A DNA stretch of 64,000 nt. Source: Caecitellus pseudoparvulus. Lineage: Eukaryota; Protista; Bigyra: Bicosoecida. Positions within the stretch are counted from its first letter, which is position 1, and every line of letters begins with the position of its first letter. Shown piece by piece: positions 53,446 through 64,000 of this stretch. The notes under the pieces were generated by a model. It was given only the letters and a program-made list of their open reading frames with translations. It was not told the origin of the DNA and ran no database searches. The stretch covers positions 558,001 to 622,000 of the forward strand of contig CBFFRQ010000018.1 of assembly GCA_965644315.1 (NCBI GenBank), in the 5' to 3' direction. The position numbers and the translations under genes are program-made.

Positions 53446-55712
53446 ATGGCAGCAGCAGGTGGGGCGAGATCCCCAAGAGGTTTGGGCGCCGCGTCCGACC
53501 CCAGCAGTGCGGGCTTCGACAGCGGGCATGGCTCCTCGCCGCTTTCTAAGACACTGAGTGCTGGCACTTCTCAAGACGAGGAGGCTGGCCAGGGAAGGGG
53601 GGCTGATGCTCATCACCATGAGGCCCCCAGAGTTCTCGTCATCGGGCGCTCAGCGCGCTCCATTTGGCGCTCGGGATGGTGCGAGCCGCGGAGCGACGTG
53701 CTTGCGTTTGCTTGTCGCGTCCGAGCTCATTCACGCCGCCGCTTCTGTGCCGCAGCAAGTACACAATGGAAGCCAAGCTAAGTGGACTCATGATAGCCCT
53801 TATTTGCTGCCTGCCAGTGTACTTGCAGTGGAAGACAGCCATGGAGGCCTTTTCTGCGGCCGGTGAGGCAGCAGCGTGTGCGTTTCGGCTGCGTTCACTT
53901 GTCGGACCCAAGCCCTCCGAACCTCGAGCAGAAGCACAGGGGCAGACGTTTTCATCAAACGTCTCCCTGCCTGTCATCATCATGGAAACGGACATTTACC
54001 AGTCCGAAGCGTCAGCGGGAAGTGTAAGTGGTGGGTCAGGCCGGGCAGTGTAGAGGCGTTGGTCCACCTGCTGGCCTCGCTCGAATGCGCAGGAGCCGGC
54101 CATCATGTGGTTGGGGATGTGGTATGGCATGGGAGCAGGCCTCACCGCACTTGGTCTCGGCTACAGCATGTGGCTGGACTTGACAAGGTGGAGCTTCGTC
54201 AAGTGGTGGCACCTGGCCCTCCCTTTCGCTCTGAGCGTGGGGGCCAACGTGGCCTGGGTATGGGGCTGGTTCGTGCTGCACGCTCGAGGGTGGGTGACTC
54301 GGGAGCAGGGGTTCTTTCCAGGCTGGTTTGCACTCCAGCTCTTGGTGCTGCCCGTGTTTCCACTCATGCTGCGGGGTGTCATGCCCGTCATCACGAACTT
54401 CCCCTTCCGCTTGGCTGCGATGACAGCCCTGATAGCCCTGGTCTACGCATTCATATGTGCCAATGTGCTGCTCCCTCTCTTCATCAGGTCAAGCGACGCC
54501 TTCAGAGTGGTGCTGCGGTTGCTGGTGTTGCCGCTGCTGACCGAGTTCATGAGCATGCTGGTTCGGGCGACGAGCCGAGCCTGGCTTGGGCCAGGCGTAC
54601 CTGCGGCCTCTGTTGGGAACGTCATGGCTCCGACCATTCTCTTCTCCACCATCGTTGGCAAATACTTCTTGACGACTTTCAATGACACTGCCATTAGCCT
54701 CACTGTGTCGCTGATTGTCGCGGCCATGGAAGCGGGGCTGCGCATCACAAGCATCCCAAGAGACAGGGCCGCGGACCGCATGCTGCAGGTTGGCAGGGGC
54801 TGCTGCTGCAAGCCATCGCAGAGCGCCGTAGTCAACGGAGTTGAAAGCAAGGCAAAGTTGGTTGACCGCCCCCCACAGCAACTATCAAGTCATGCGTGGT
54901 ACAACCGCATGCACTTCGCAACCGTGATTGTCGACACGGTTGCCGAGGACTTGGGTGCGCTGCTGCTGGTTCCAATAGTGGCACTGTTCCGCATTCCCAG
55001 CCAGCAAGGTGCCAAGCCCTTGCCCCTCACCGTTGTCCTCTTTCGGGTCTTCTTCCAGTACGTCGTGGAGCTTGCCTCGGACGTAGGGCCCTTCTTCCTG
55101 TACGCTCTCCTGCGAAGGTACGATGGGACATCCGGTTACCGAGCTGTGTACAATGAGCAGCTTGCTGCTCTTTCCAGCGAGGAGGTGTCCTCAGCGCCCG
55201 ACGACCCACAGCCGCTCCAATCTGGCGCAGCAGTAGCCCAGGGTCCCAGCACCGAACTGGATGACGCGTCGCCGCTCACCGTGCTGCCTACTGCCGCACG
55301 CTCCCGGTCACAGGCGTGCTGCTCCAGCCTGGACCCAGGCTCACCTGAGTCCCAAGAAGCACAAGCAGAAGTGCTGCGCAGACGAGGCCCTGCGCTGGCT
55401 GAGCAGCAGTCTGTTCTGTGGCAAAGGCTACAGTGGACTCGCGTGTGGGCTGTGCTGCTCCAGGCGCACCCGGCGCCCAGTGCAGCCAACCGCTGGCTCG
55501 CGTGGTTCGTGTATCGACTGGAGCTTGTCAGCGCCCGCACTGCCCAGGCGTGGGAGTCGAGGCAGCGGGGGTGGGTGGCCATGGTGCTCATGCTGGGCAT
55601 TGTGCTGGCTGCCCATGCAATCCGGACGAACTTCGGGACGGGGGCGTACTGCCCCTTCCGAGACAGCGAGGGGTCGGACCAGGTGCATTTTGACGTGTGC
55701 TCACAGCCGTGA
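53446..55712 (+). CDS. Orphan multi-pass membrane protein (~9-10 TM)
   Basis: Many hydrophobic helices in the 54105-55712 ORF, plus upstream exons (53446 start; MEAKLSGLMIALICCLPVYL) joined by GTGCG/GCAG-type introns. Confidence 0.7.
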
Positions 55713-55718
55713 GCGGCT

Positions 55719-57041
55719 TCAAGCATCCTTGTCCTTTGGCGTCAGGGAGCCGTCCGGCCGCGCTGACCACAGTCCCAGGGCGTACGAAGCCCGAATGAGC
55801 ACGAGGTCGCGCGCCATTTGCAACGTGTCCCACACGACGTCAACTTTGCTGCCGTCAATCTCCTCCCAGTTCACGGCCACCTCCACGACAGGCACGTCTC
55901 CCCAGGTGGAAGCCAGGTACAGCAGCTCCACGTCAAAGGCCCAGCGTTCAATGTGCTGGGCAGGGAAGATGCGGGCGGCGGTTGCGCGCGTGAAGAGCTT
56001 GAACCCACACTGGGTGTCCTTCACGGCACTGCCGCCCAAGACGAGGCTCATCAGGACGTGAAAACCCCACATCAGGAACTTGCGAAAGGCAGACCTCTGT
56101 GCAGTGGTGGCGTGGATGCAGTGGGCGCTTGCACAATGTGGCGCAGGCAATTCATGCGCTCATGTCGGCTCACGCCACTCACAGATGCCTTGGCCTCGTC
56201 CTCAGCCTGCAGGTGGGCCCGGGAGCCCACAGCAATGCCCTGTCCTTTGGACTCGGCCTTCTGCAGTTGGCTCAGGAGGCTGCCCAGATCTGATGCCCGT
56301 GTGGCCCCGTCTGCGTCGGCCATGAGGATGTACTTGCCGCGGGCCCGCATGACTCCCTTGCGCACAGCACCCCCCTTGCCGTGATTGCGGTGCAAGTCGC
56401 AGAACCTGACGGTGTCGGAGCCGTAGCGCTCCACATACTCCATGGCAACTCGTGCTGTGCCATCCTTGCTGCCATCATTGACGATGATGACTTCTGCAGT
56501 GAAGTCCCTGCTCCAAGCCAGGCGCACAGGGTTGAGAGCAAGCGTCGGGCGCCACGTGGAGGAGGCGCTCACGCACCGGTCGCTGTTTCGCTTCTGCTCG
56601 ATGTAAGCCATCATGTCGTCCAGCATCGTGGGCATGCGGGCTTCCTCATTGTAGGCAGGCACCACTACGGACACCAGCACCTCAGGGTCCTGGTTCACGG
56701 AGGGGAAGGCCTGCCGGGCTCTGCGGGACACCAGGGAAAGCGCTGCGCCACCATGCACACGGCCCCGGCCACGTCGACTCACCCTGAAGAGCCGGTGACG
56801 AAAGTGGCCTCAAACGTATGGTCAGGAGTGGCATACATGGACTTGGCCATGACAAAGATGTACGCGTACAGCGCCTGCGGCAGGGGGAGGCGTGGCCAGT
56901 GCCAGCTGGCGTGCTGAGGCAGCCACCTGCGTCTGCACCCCATCCCACTGGCGGGCTACGCACCAGGGCAACAACTGCGACAGCCGAGATGAGCCCCACA
57001 GGGGACACCAAGAAGGTGGCCCAGCTGACCACCGCCTCCAT
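55719..57041 (-). CDS. ALG5: Dolichyl-phosphate beta-glucosyltransferase (GT2)
   Basis: N-terminal TM; SVVVPAYNEEARM, IIVNDGSKDGT, NHGKGGAVRKG, ILMADADGAT, GSRAHL, DTQCGFKLFTR, RWAFDVELL, VNWEEIDGSK. Confidence 0.96.
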
Positions 57042-57433
57042 GGTGCCTTGGCTTCCTGGACACTTCGTTCAGGCTGGTGCGTGCTGCAAGCGTCAACTGC
57101 ATGAAACGCTGGGCAGTTGCTTCCGAAAAGCACCGCATGCAGGGACGACACCTTCGGCCAGTCCACCTGCGTGAATTTTTTTCATTGAATTATATATCTT
57201 CTGAATCTGTTGCCTCGTGCATGTGCTCCTTGTCAGACCTCTGCCGCCAGAGTCCCCGGCTGCCCGCAGCTCTGGGAGCGTGCCATCCCAAGCACGACAG
57301 AACTCAAAACAACAAGGAGCCCACAACTCACACAGTAAAGTTCGGAAGGCTCGCTGCAGGCTTGCCAGGTTGGCTGCCTGGCACTCGTCTTTGCGGAATT
57401 TGACGCACAACCAAACCCTGGCCCCCCACAACT

Positions 57434-58829
57434 ATGGCGCTCCTGCGCTGCCTCGACGGCGCAACTGTCTCCATCGCCCCGGATTTCAGCACAGCAAATT
57501 TCAGACTGGTGTCCATGGGGAAGGAGCTTCTGCAGCAGGTGCAGGAGGGCGAGGAGTGAGCCAGCTGTGCACTGGCCCGCGAGCACGGTTTGAAGTGCAC
57601 AGCAGGTCTGCGCACCCCCCCTTCCAGGCTCACGATGAGAGGCTGCGACAAAGACGGCATGGTCATGTGCACTAGCTCTGCAACTTTCCGTCTTCAGGTC
57701 GTGGAGTCGTCCAACACGTCCCTTCTGCTGCAAGCCCCAGAGCACTCACCGCCCTCGCAACTAGCGACGCAGCAAGACTGCCCGACCCCGCTTGTGGCCA
57801 TAGCGTCCACCCCAGACGTCATTGAAGCTGTACGGACGGCTCCTCGCCTTGCGAGGCTGCATGACATGCTGGCAGCCGCCCCGTACGCCGGTCAGAGCGC
57901 CAATGCGGGGCACACACGTGCAGAGATCGAAGCAGCTGTGCAGTGCTCACCAAAAGAGTTGGAGGCAGCGCTGGACGCAGAGGGGGCCTTGGAGTGGCAA
58001 GGGCGGATCGCGGTGCTGGATCTCCAGTACTTCATTGCGCTGGCAGATGCTATCCTCACCACAGCAGTCGAGCAGGGGTGGGCGCTCAGCGCTCTCGTTC
58101 CGGTACGCCTGCAACGCGCCCCATGCTGCGCCCCACTGCCCGCTCACATACTGTGCTTCCCATGCGCAGTCTGACGTGCATGCTGCCATGCAAGCCCGAG
58201 TAGAGGGTGGCTCGGCGGAGGCGGCGCCAGCCTTGGAGGTAGTCGCCCACGCACTGCGACTGCTGGCTCGGGAAACCCGAGGTCATGGCGCAGTGGCAGT
58301 GCCTGCCCTCCCCCCATGCTCTGATTTCAGTCAGCCACTCTCTCTGTCCCCATCGCAAGTTGCTCGCACTCGGGGGCATGAGGTGCTGGCTGCCCTGCAG
58401 GCTGCCTCAGCTGGCGGCAGCATGCAGGCGCAAGAGTTCGTCCTGGCGTGGCAGGCAACTCTGGCCATGCACAGCGAAGTGCGGGCTGAGCACTGCTGCA
58501 TTGAAACCCTTGCAGGCTTGGCACTGCTTCACGGAGGGGTGGCGCTGCCAGCGGGGGAGGAGGGCGTCTTGGAGGGCTCACCCGCCTGCCCCGGCGCTGA
58601 CGCCTCGACGGCAGATGTCATTTCCTTCTTCCCACACTACACCCTTCCCGCCTCTGCCCCGGAGCGCTTTGCAGCCCTCTTCGCGGAGCGCACGCTGTGG
58701 CGTCTGGAGGACATGCTACCCTATCTGCAGGCGCTTGTGGGGCCGGGCAGCGCCGTCAGCGACTTGCTCCTGCTGCACACGCGGTACGTGACGCAAGGTG
58801 ATGGCAGCAAGCTGTACTGCGCACGGTGA
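57434..58829 (+). CDS. DSCC1: Sister chromatid cohesion protein DCC1 (Ctf18-RFC subunit)
   Basis: FRLVSMGKELL, RG..DGMVMCTSSATF...ESSNTSLL, PRLARL..L...PY.G, VQCSPKEL, LPASAPERFAALF.ER..W.LEDMLPYL. Confidence 0.9.
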
Positions 58830-58881
58830 TGGGCAAGTTGGCGTGCACTGCATTGCAACTTGCTGCGGCCAGCGCTCTGCC

Positions 58882-60059
58882 TCATTCGGCCTTGACCTTG
58901 CCAGTGCCAGGCTTGGGGCGGGGGAAGATGTACGCTTGCACGAAGAAGTTCGCGAAGAGGATGAAGAAGACAGCTGCCTGCAGCATGCCGAGGTAGATGG
59001 GCACCAGGGGCTTTGAGCAGGAGGTGGGATCGGGCAGCAGCAGCACCCAGACGGTGTGCCACAAGTACAGCACGAATTGAATCAGCTGAATGCTCGTCAA
59101 CGCAGCCTTCAAGGGGGTGTTAATACCAACTGCCCGTGCGGCGTAGTGCCTGTGGAGGGAGGCGGCGGGGGGCCTTGCGTTGGCGCTGGGTTCGAGCCTC
59201 TGCACGCTGCCCCGCACGCACGTGTACATGAACACATGAACCAGGGAGTTCACGCAGCAAGCGAACCAAGGCGAGCCACCAGGGGAATATGTCAAGAACA
59301 AAATCCACGTGATGATGACACTTGCGTGGTGGTAGACGTGCAGGAAGGAGATCTGCGTGTGCGAGGGCAAGCAGGCGTGTCAGTGCGCGGCATTGGGTGG
59401 AGTAGCACACCCCGCCCTCGCAGCCACGAGTTGGCGCCGCCTGCTTCTCCGCGTACCTGGTTCCAGTTCTGCTTGAACACCATGATGCAGGTGTCCCCAA
59501 GTTCCAGGATCTTCGTCAGGAAGTGGAAGTAGATGATGCTCGCAAGGCGGTGGGCAGCAGGGCTCTCCCACTTGCCGCGCCCAGCGTCAATACCGTCCAA
59601 TGGGAAGCACCACATGCGCTGGGGGTCCAGGAGGCGGCGGAAGTCATACAGCTCGTGGAAGGCGAGGGCAGTCTCCCACACCATGTACACTGACAGCAGC
59701 GCACAGACCAGGTTGTGCAAGAACACCAGCGGGGTCAGCTTGAGCTTGGGGAAGCCCACTGCCCGGACGAAGTAGCTTGCCAAGGCGATGCCCACGAGGT
59801 ACGTGAAGACGATGGTGAGGGGCAGCGCAGGGGCGCCAACCATGGGCCACTGCGCTGTGCGGGGATCGGCACCAGGCTCAAACACCTTGTCCACAGCCCC
59901 ACCAAAGCTGCGTTCGGGGTGAGGGTACGCCTTGTTCCATTCTCCAAAAATGCCAGAGCGCTCAAATTCCGCCACACCCCGCAACAGGTCACGGTACAGC
60001 GGGTTCAGGGGCTCCAGAACCCCGTACAGGGCAGGCAGATCAGTGTGCATGTTTGCCAT
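58882..60059 (-). CDS. ELO/GNS1 fatty-acid elongase (PUFA-elongase-like)
   Basis: DPRTAQWPM, HNLVCALLSVYM, KILELGDTCIMVFK, QISFLHVYHHAS (HxxHH), NSLVHVFMYT|HY, TSIQLIQF, LFANFFVQAY and a C-terminal dilysine-like tail. Confidence 0.95.
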
Positions 60060-60581
60060 GGTATCGCTGGGGTAAGGGGAGGGCAGGGGCCTCGCAACAA
60101 GCGACGCCTGTCTCACGAGCTTTGATGAGTGGCTGTGCAGTGCACACTGAGTATGCCTGAGCGAATCGGCACTGCAGCGTGGCGCAGCAGTGGCAGCAGA
60201 GGTAGGGTCGGGGGTTGTTGGCAGCGCGAGTTGTGTCGAAAGTGGGGGGTCATTTCTTCCTGTGGTTCTGGTTGCCCAGGGACCAAAAAGTGCGTGGGGG
60301 GTGCTCAGCGCTTTCTTTGTGTGCTCTGGCTCTGCCGTTGTTTGCTTCAACGAGACTGTCAGCGGCCGCTGCCAACAGTGGGCGGCACACTCACGACCCA
60401 ACAAGACAAAATAATGCGGAACCCCACTCTTGCCCCAAATCTCCATCGTCCTGTGCATTGCAGAGCATGTGCCACGATCGACGTGGGCACCCGGCGCTCA
60501 TCGCTTGCACACACACCAGTTGCCACCCGCTGTACCACTTGGAGGCGGCGTGGTGTGACTCTGGTGGGAAGTAAGGGTATC

Positions 60582-61125
60582 ATGGCTGCTACTGAGGCCG
60601 GCCCTTCTCTCCTTGCGTTGGCCAAGCTGAAGGCCAGCTCCGTCTTGAACGATGACGAGGCACAGTATGGAGCGAAGCTTGCAGCTGATGGGGATGACAG
60701 CAGCTGCTGGAACTCAGACCAGGTAAGCTGCAGCAGGCGCGCGAAGGCGAGAACCCCGGTGATTGATACTTAGCTATGATCTCTTGTTTCAGGGACTCCC
60801 TCAGTGGCTGGAGGCGAAGTTTAAGGAGGCAGTCTTGCTGTCCAGCGTTTCACTGACGTTTCAGGGCGGCTTTGCTGGCACACAGGTAAAGCTCAGCGCT
60901 GCAGCGACGAAGAAAGCAGAGCTGGAAGAAGTGACAACCTGGTACCCTGGAGATGAGAACCGCGAGCAGGTGTTTCGTTTGGAAGCCCCAGTGCAGGCCA
61001 GGCGAGTGAGGCTGACTTTCGAGGCTTCCAGCGATTTCTACGGGCGCATCGTCGTGTACAGCGTGGATTTCAAGGCGGCTGCAGGCGCTGCGGAGGGCGA
61101 CAGTTCAAGCAGGGCCCAAGGTTGA
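60582..61125 (+). CDS. NR2C2AP: Nuclear receptor 2C2-associated protein (TRA16), galactose-binding-like fold (2 exons)
   Basis: SSVLN....YG, CWNSDQ|GLPQW, FQGGF, YPGDEN..Q.F, LTFEASSDFYGRIVVY. Confidence 0.9.
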
Positions 61126-63077
61126 GCCTTTGTACGTCAGGAAGCCGGGGATGTTCTCCAGCACTTCCCCCGCCTGCTCCGCCAGCGCCTCAGGAACATC
61201 GGTGCCAGCAGACTCCAGCCTGCTCTGCAAGCCTGCTGTCGCGGTGGCCATGGTGGCGGCCAGGCGCAGCTCAGCACCCACCGCATTGATGGCAGGCTCG
61301 TCGCCAGACCACATGTCCACGAGGTTGTCCAGGCACACGACGTTGACGCTCAAGTGCTCAGACTGGAGCCCTGCCACCATGGCCTGCCCAACAGCCTTGT
61401 GCACTGCTGGCGAGCAGGCCACTTGGGCCAGGATGGACAGCAGCACAGCCAAGCTGGCTTGGGCGGCAGCAGGCCAAGTGCTGCAGCCCCCCCACAGCTC
61501 CAGCAGCGCCGTCAGCTGAGCCTCTGCCACCGCCGCGCCACTCCTGTGTGGCGTGGGGCTGGCCACGGCGGCTGCGGCTGCAAGCAAAGCCTCCAATGCA
61601 TCCCCTGCCTCTGGCACATGCCGCGCTGCCATGCCGACGCCCTCCAGGAGCAGGCCCCACACCGTGGTCAGGCTGTCTGGCCCCTCCCAGGCCAGGGCGG
61701 TGGCGGCGTTGCCCAGGGCAGCCACCGCTGCACACAGCACGCCTTGCATGTGAGCCCGTGCAGCTGGCGGCAGGGGCTTATGTGGAGAACTGCTGCCCGC
61801 CGCCCCATCGCCGCCGCCTTCCAAGGCAGCCTTGTAGTCCCCCAGGCAGGTGTTCACACACTGCAGCAGCTGGGCTGGCAGCGAGGTCTTGGCCAGGCCC
61901 TGCAGCACCTCAGCTGAGCGCGGATCCACCTCCCCCGCCAGCATGTTGGCGGTGACCTCCAGCACCAGCCTGGCGGTGCGCAGGCGGGCCAGCCAGGCTG
62001 CTCGAAGTGTACCCACGCGCCCCTCTGCCTTGTGCACCTCATCGGTGGAGGCGCCCGCCGTGCCGGGGGCGGGGGCCGCTGCCCCCTCGCCTGCCGCTGC
62101 CACGGGCTGGGCATCCCGCGAGAGGCACGCAGCCTCGATGGCGCCCTGCACCTCCAGTGCCCCGGCCAGCAGCGGGAGGGGGGGAATGATGCCCGCAAAC
62201 AGCGCAGCGAAGCCTGTTGCAAAGGCGGTGGGGGGCAGGCTCGGCAGCAGCCCTGCGTGCGCTGCAAAAGCGGTCACGTGGCACTGCGCTGCCAGGGCAG
62301 CCTGGGACGCTGCGCTCACAGCGGCGGCATCCACACTGCCCAGTGCCCCCGCGACAGCAGCTTGGACATCCTCCGCCCCTGCCAACTTGGATGCCAGGCT
62401 GGCGTTGTCCTCTGACAGCACGTGCAGGAACTTAGCGGCAGCGAGTGTAAGCAAGGCAGGGACGCCAGGGGAAGTGGCCGAGGCCAGGGCGCAGGCAAGC
62501 AGCGGGCCCAAGGCAGCATCGTTTGTGATGCGCTGCACGACGACGTCAGATGCCTCACACAGAGTGCTGAGCAGTTCCAAGCCATGCTCCAGCACAGCAG
62601 CCTGCTCCGGAGTCGTGCTGGCAGACGGAGTGGAGGAGCACAGCACGCCGACGACAGGCGGGACTGCATCCGCCCGAAGAACGGCCTCCACAGCGTCGTC
62701 GTGTTCCACAAGTAACAAGTTGCGAAGTGCCCCCAGGGCAGGGGCTGCCACATCCGGACTGTCGGCAACTCGAGCCAGGAGCTTGCTTGCCACGCCAGCC
62801 TTCAGCAGAGCGTCCGCATTGGCATGGCCAGCTTCTTCATCACCCAGCACAGCCGCAATCGAAGCACATGCTTCGGACCGGAAGCGGGCATCGGGGTGCT
62901 CAAGCTGAGAGGGGGGCAGTGGCAAGGGTGCGCCTGGAACATGGCGTTTCGAGCGCGTTTCACACTCACATGCTTCAAAATGTGCAGCTGCTGACCGCCC
63001 CCGGCGGCCTTGCCCCCACTCTTCCCACCATTTCGCCGTCCCCCTTTTCCCCTTCTAGACTTTGTCGACTTGCCCAT
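61105..63077 (-). CDS. HEATR3: HEAT repeat protein 3 (Syo1; 5S RNP assembly/import adaptor)
   Basis: Basic N-terminus MGKSTKSRR, LEHPDARFRSEACASIA, ALGALRNL, LSTLCEAS, FLHVLSEDN, LEVTANM, CLDNLVDMWSGDE, LENIPGFLTYK. Confidence 0.85.
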
Positions 63078-63369
63078 GGCGATCACACACCAGGCACCAG
63101 TTCCCGCCCAAAAGCCGCACCGGGTGGTTTGCAGGCAGCAGCTGCCGCTGAGCCCTGCGGGCGGCGCGGAGCGTAAGGTCGGTTGCAGACCTGGCACTGC
63201 ACTTCCACTCTATCAGCCTGGTTGTTTATGATTGGATTCGTTGTGCGTTTTTTCACCCTCGGCCCCTTGGCAAGGCCCAAGGCATTTTTTAGTTGGCTCC
63301 GAGGCACCACAGATCGCACATGTTCATTGCGGTGCATTGCTGGAAAGCGCCTGCCACTTCACGGCCCAG

Positions 63370-64000
63370 CTACATGACCAACGCGTTTTGATGGTCACAT
63401 GCTGCCCCAAAGTACCCGGCGAAGCACTTGCAGATCCCGCTGGCCTTGTCGCATGCTCCACGTCCGCTACACTCGAGCTCTTCCGTGTTCCCGACCTGCT
63501 CATAGGGCTCGCCATTGTCATCCACTGCGGTAACGTATGCAACACTTCCTGGTACAGCAGACTCCCCTGTCATTTCAATGAGCTCTTGCGACCCTGGCAG
63601 GCCGACGAAGGTGATGTGGTAGCGGTGAGCTGCAGCCATCGTCTCCTCATCTGCTGTGTACACTCCCGCAATGATCTTGCCAGTGGCCCGCACTTCGACA
63701 CGGTTCAATGTGTCCTCAGGGAAGTCGTTGCGGAGGGCGTACATCAACTGCCCTGCGATGGTGTCGGAGCCGGGCAGGGTTGTCGCCGCCTCTGCCTCCA
63801 CGACGAGGCCCGCGGCGTTGTCAACTGTGTTCAATGGTAGTGTGAGTGTCTGCTTGCGGCCTTTCCAGTCCTTAAAGGCAAATGTCAGATCATGCGCCCC
63901 CTCGGGTTTCAACTCGAACTGCTGCACTGTGTTGTGGCAAGGGCGATCTCCGCAGTGGTTGCGCTGGTTCGTCAATGGGTCATCACCACGCGGACACTCC
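63370..64000 (-). CDS. Tubular mastigoneme protein (OCM/SIG1-type EGF-repeat family), C-terminal part; 5' end lies outside the window
   Basis: ECPRGDDPLT at the window edge and a terminal EGF module GNTEELECSGRGACDKASGICKCFAGYFGAACDHQNALVM, typical of stramenopile flagellar-hair proteins. Confidence 0.8.
   Translation of the reverse strand, partial: ECPRGDDPLTNQRNHCGDRPCHNTVQQFELKPEGAHDLTFAFKDWKGRKQTLTLPLNTVDNAAGLVVEAEAATTLPGSDTIAGQLMYALRNDFPEDTLNRVEVRATGKIIAGVYTADEETMAAAHRYHITFVGLPGSQELIEMTGESAVPGSVAYVTAVDDNGEPYEQVGNTEELECSGRGACDKASGICKCFAGYFGAACDHQNALVM

Noticed and set aside
59185-59205. GGTTCGAGCC T-loop-like motif (tRNA?)
   Set aside because: It lies in a short elongase intron, with no cloverleaf or D-arm found around it.

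Overview
Gene-dense, GC-rich eukaryotic nuclear DNA with short GT-AG introns (about 40-115 nt, donors mostly GTRNG) and very small intergenic gaps. A tubular-mastigoneme-type EGF protein plus several ciliary genes point to a flagellated stramenopile protist (inference). About 27 protein-coding genes are supported: TmcB-like membrane protein (partial), NAT16-like GNAT, Chibby, a giant disordered/coiled-coil protein, ETFA, a tandem-USP protein, PMS2, CAD-family alcohol dehydrogenase, ARMC9-like, a GILK+RVxF PP1-docking protein, MpaB/Lcp-like oxygenase, NRDE2-like, ZC3HC1/NIPA, a Ser/Thr kinase, FAN1, LRRC51, HECT E3 ligase, WDR47, GATC, M1AP-like, an orphan multipass membrane protein, ALG5, DSCC1, ELO elongase, NR2C2AP, HEATR3 and the mastigoneme protein (partial). 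The stand-out anomaly is a ~3.5 kb block (47274-50752) between WDR47 and GATC. It holds a spliced ~614-codon orphan gene with three in-frame stops, bracketed by two structured arrays of CTAG-core motifs in opposite orientation. The left array has TAGTG motifs in a ~90-bp higher-order repeat; the right has CACTAG motifs at ~29-bp period plus a 17-bp hairpin. This looks like an unclassified mobile element. Family assignments come from motifs recognised by eye and from memory; no database search was run. No rRNA, tRNA or CRISPR array was found.
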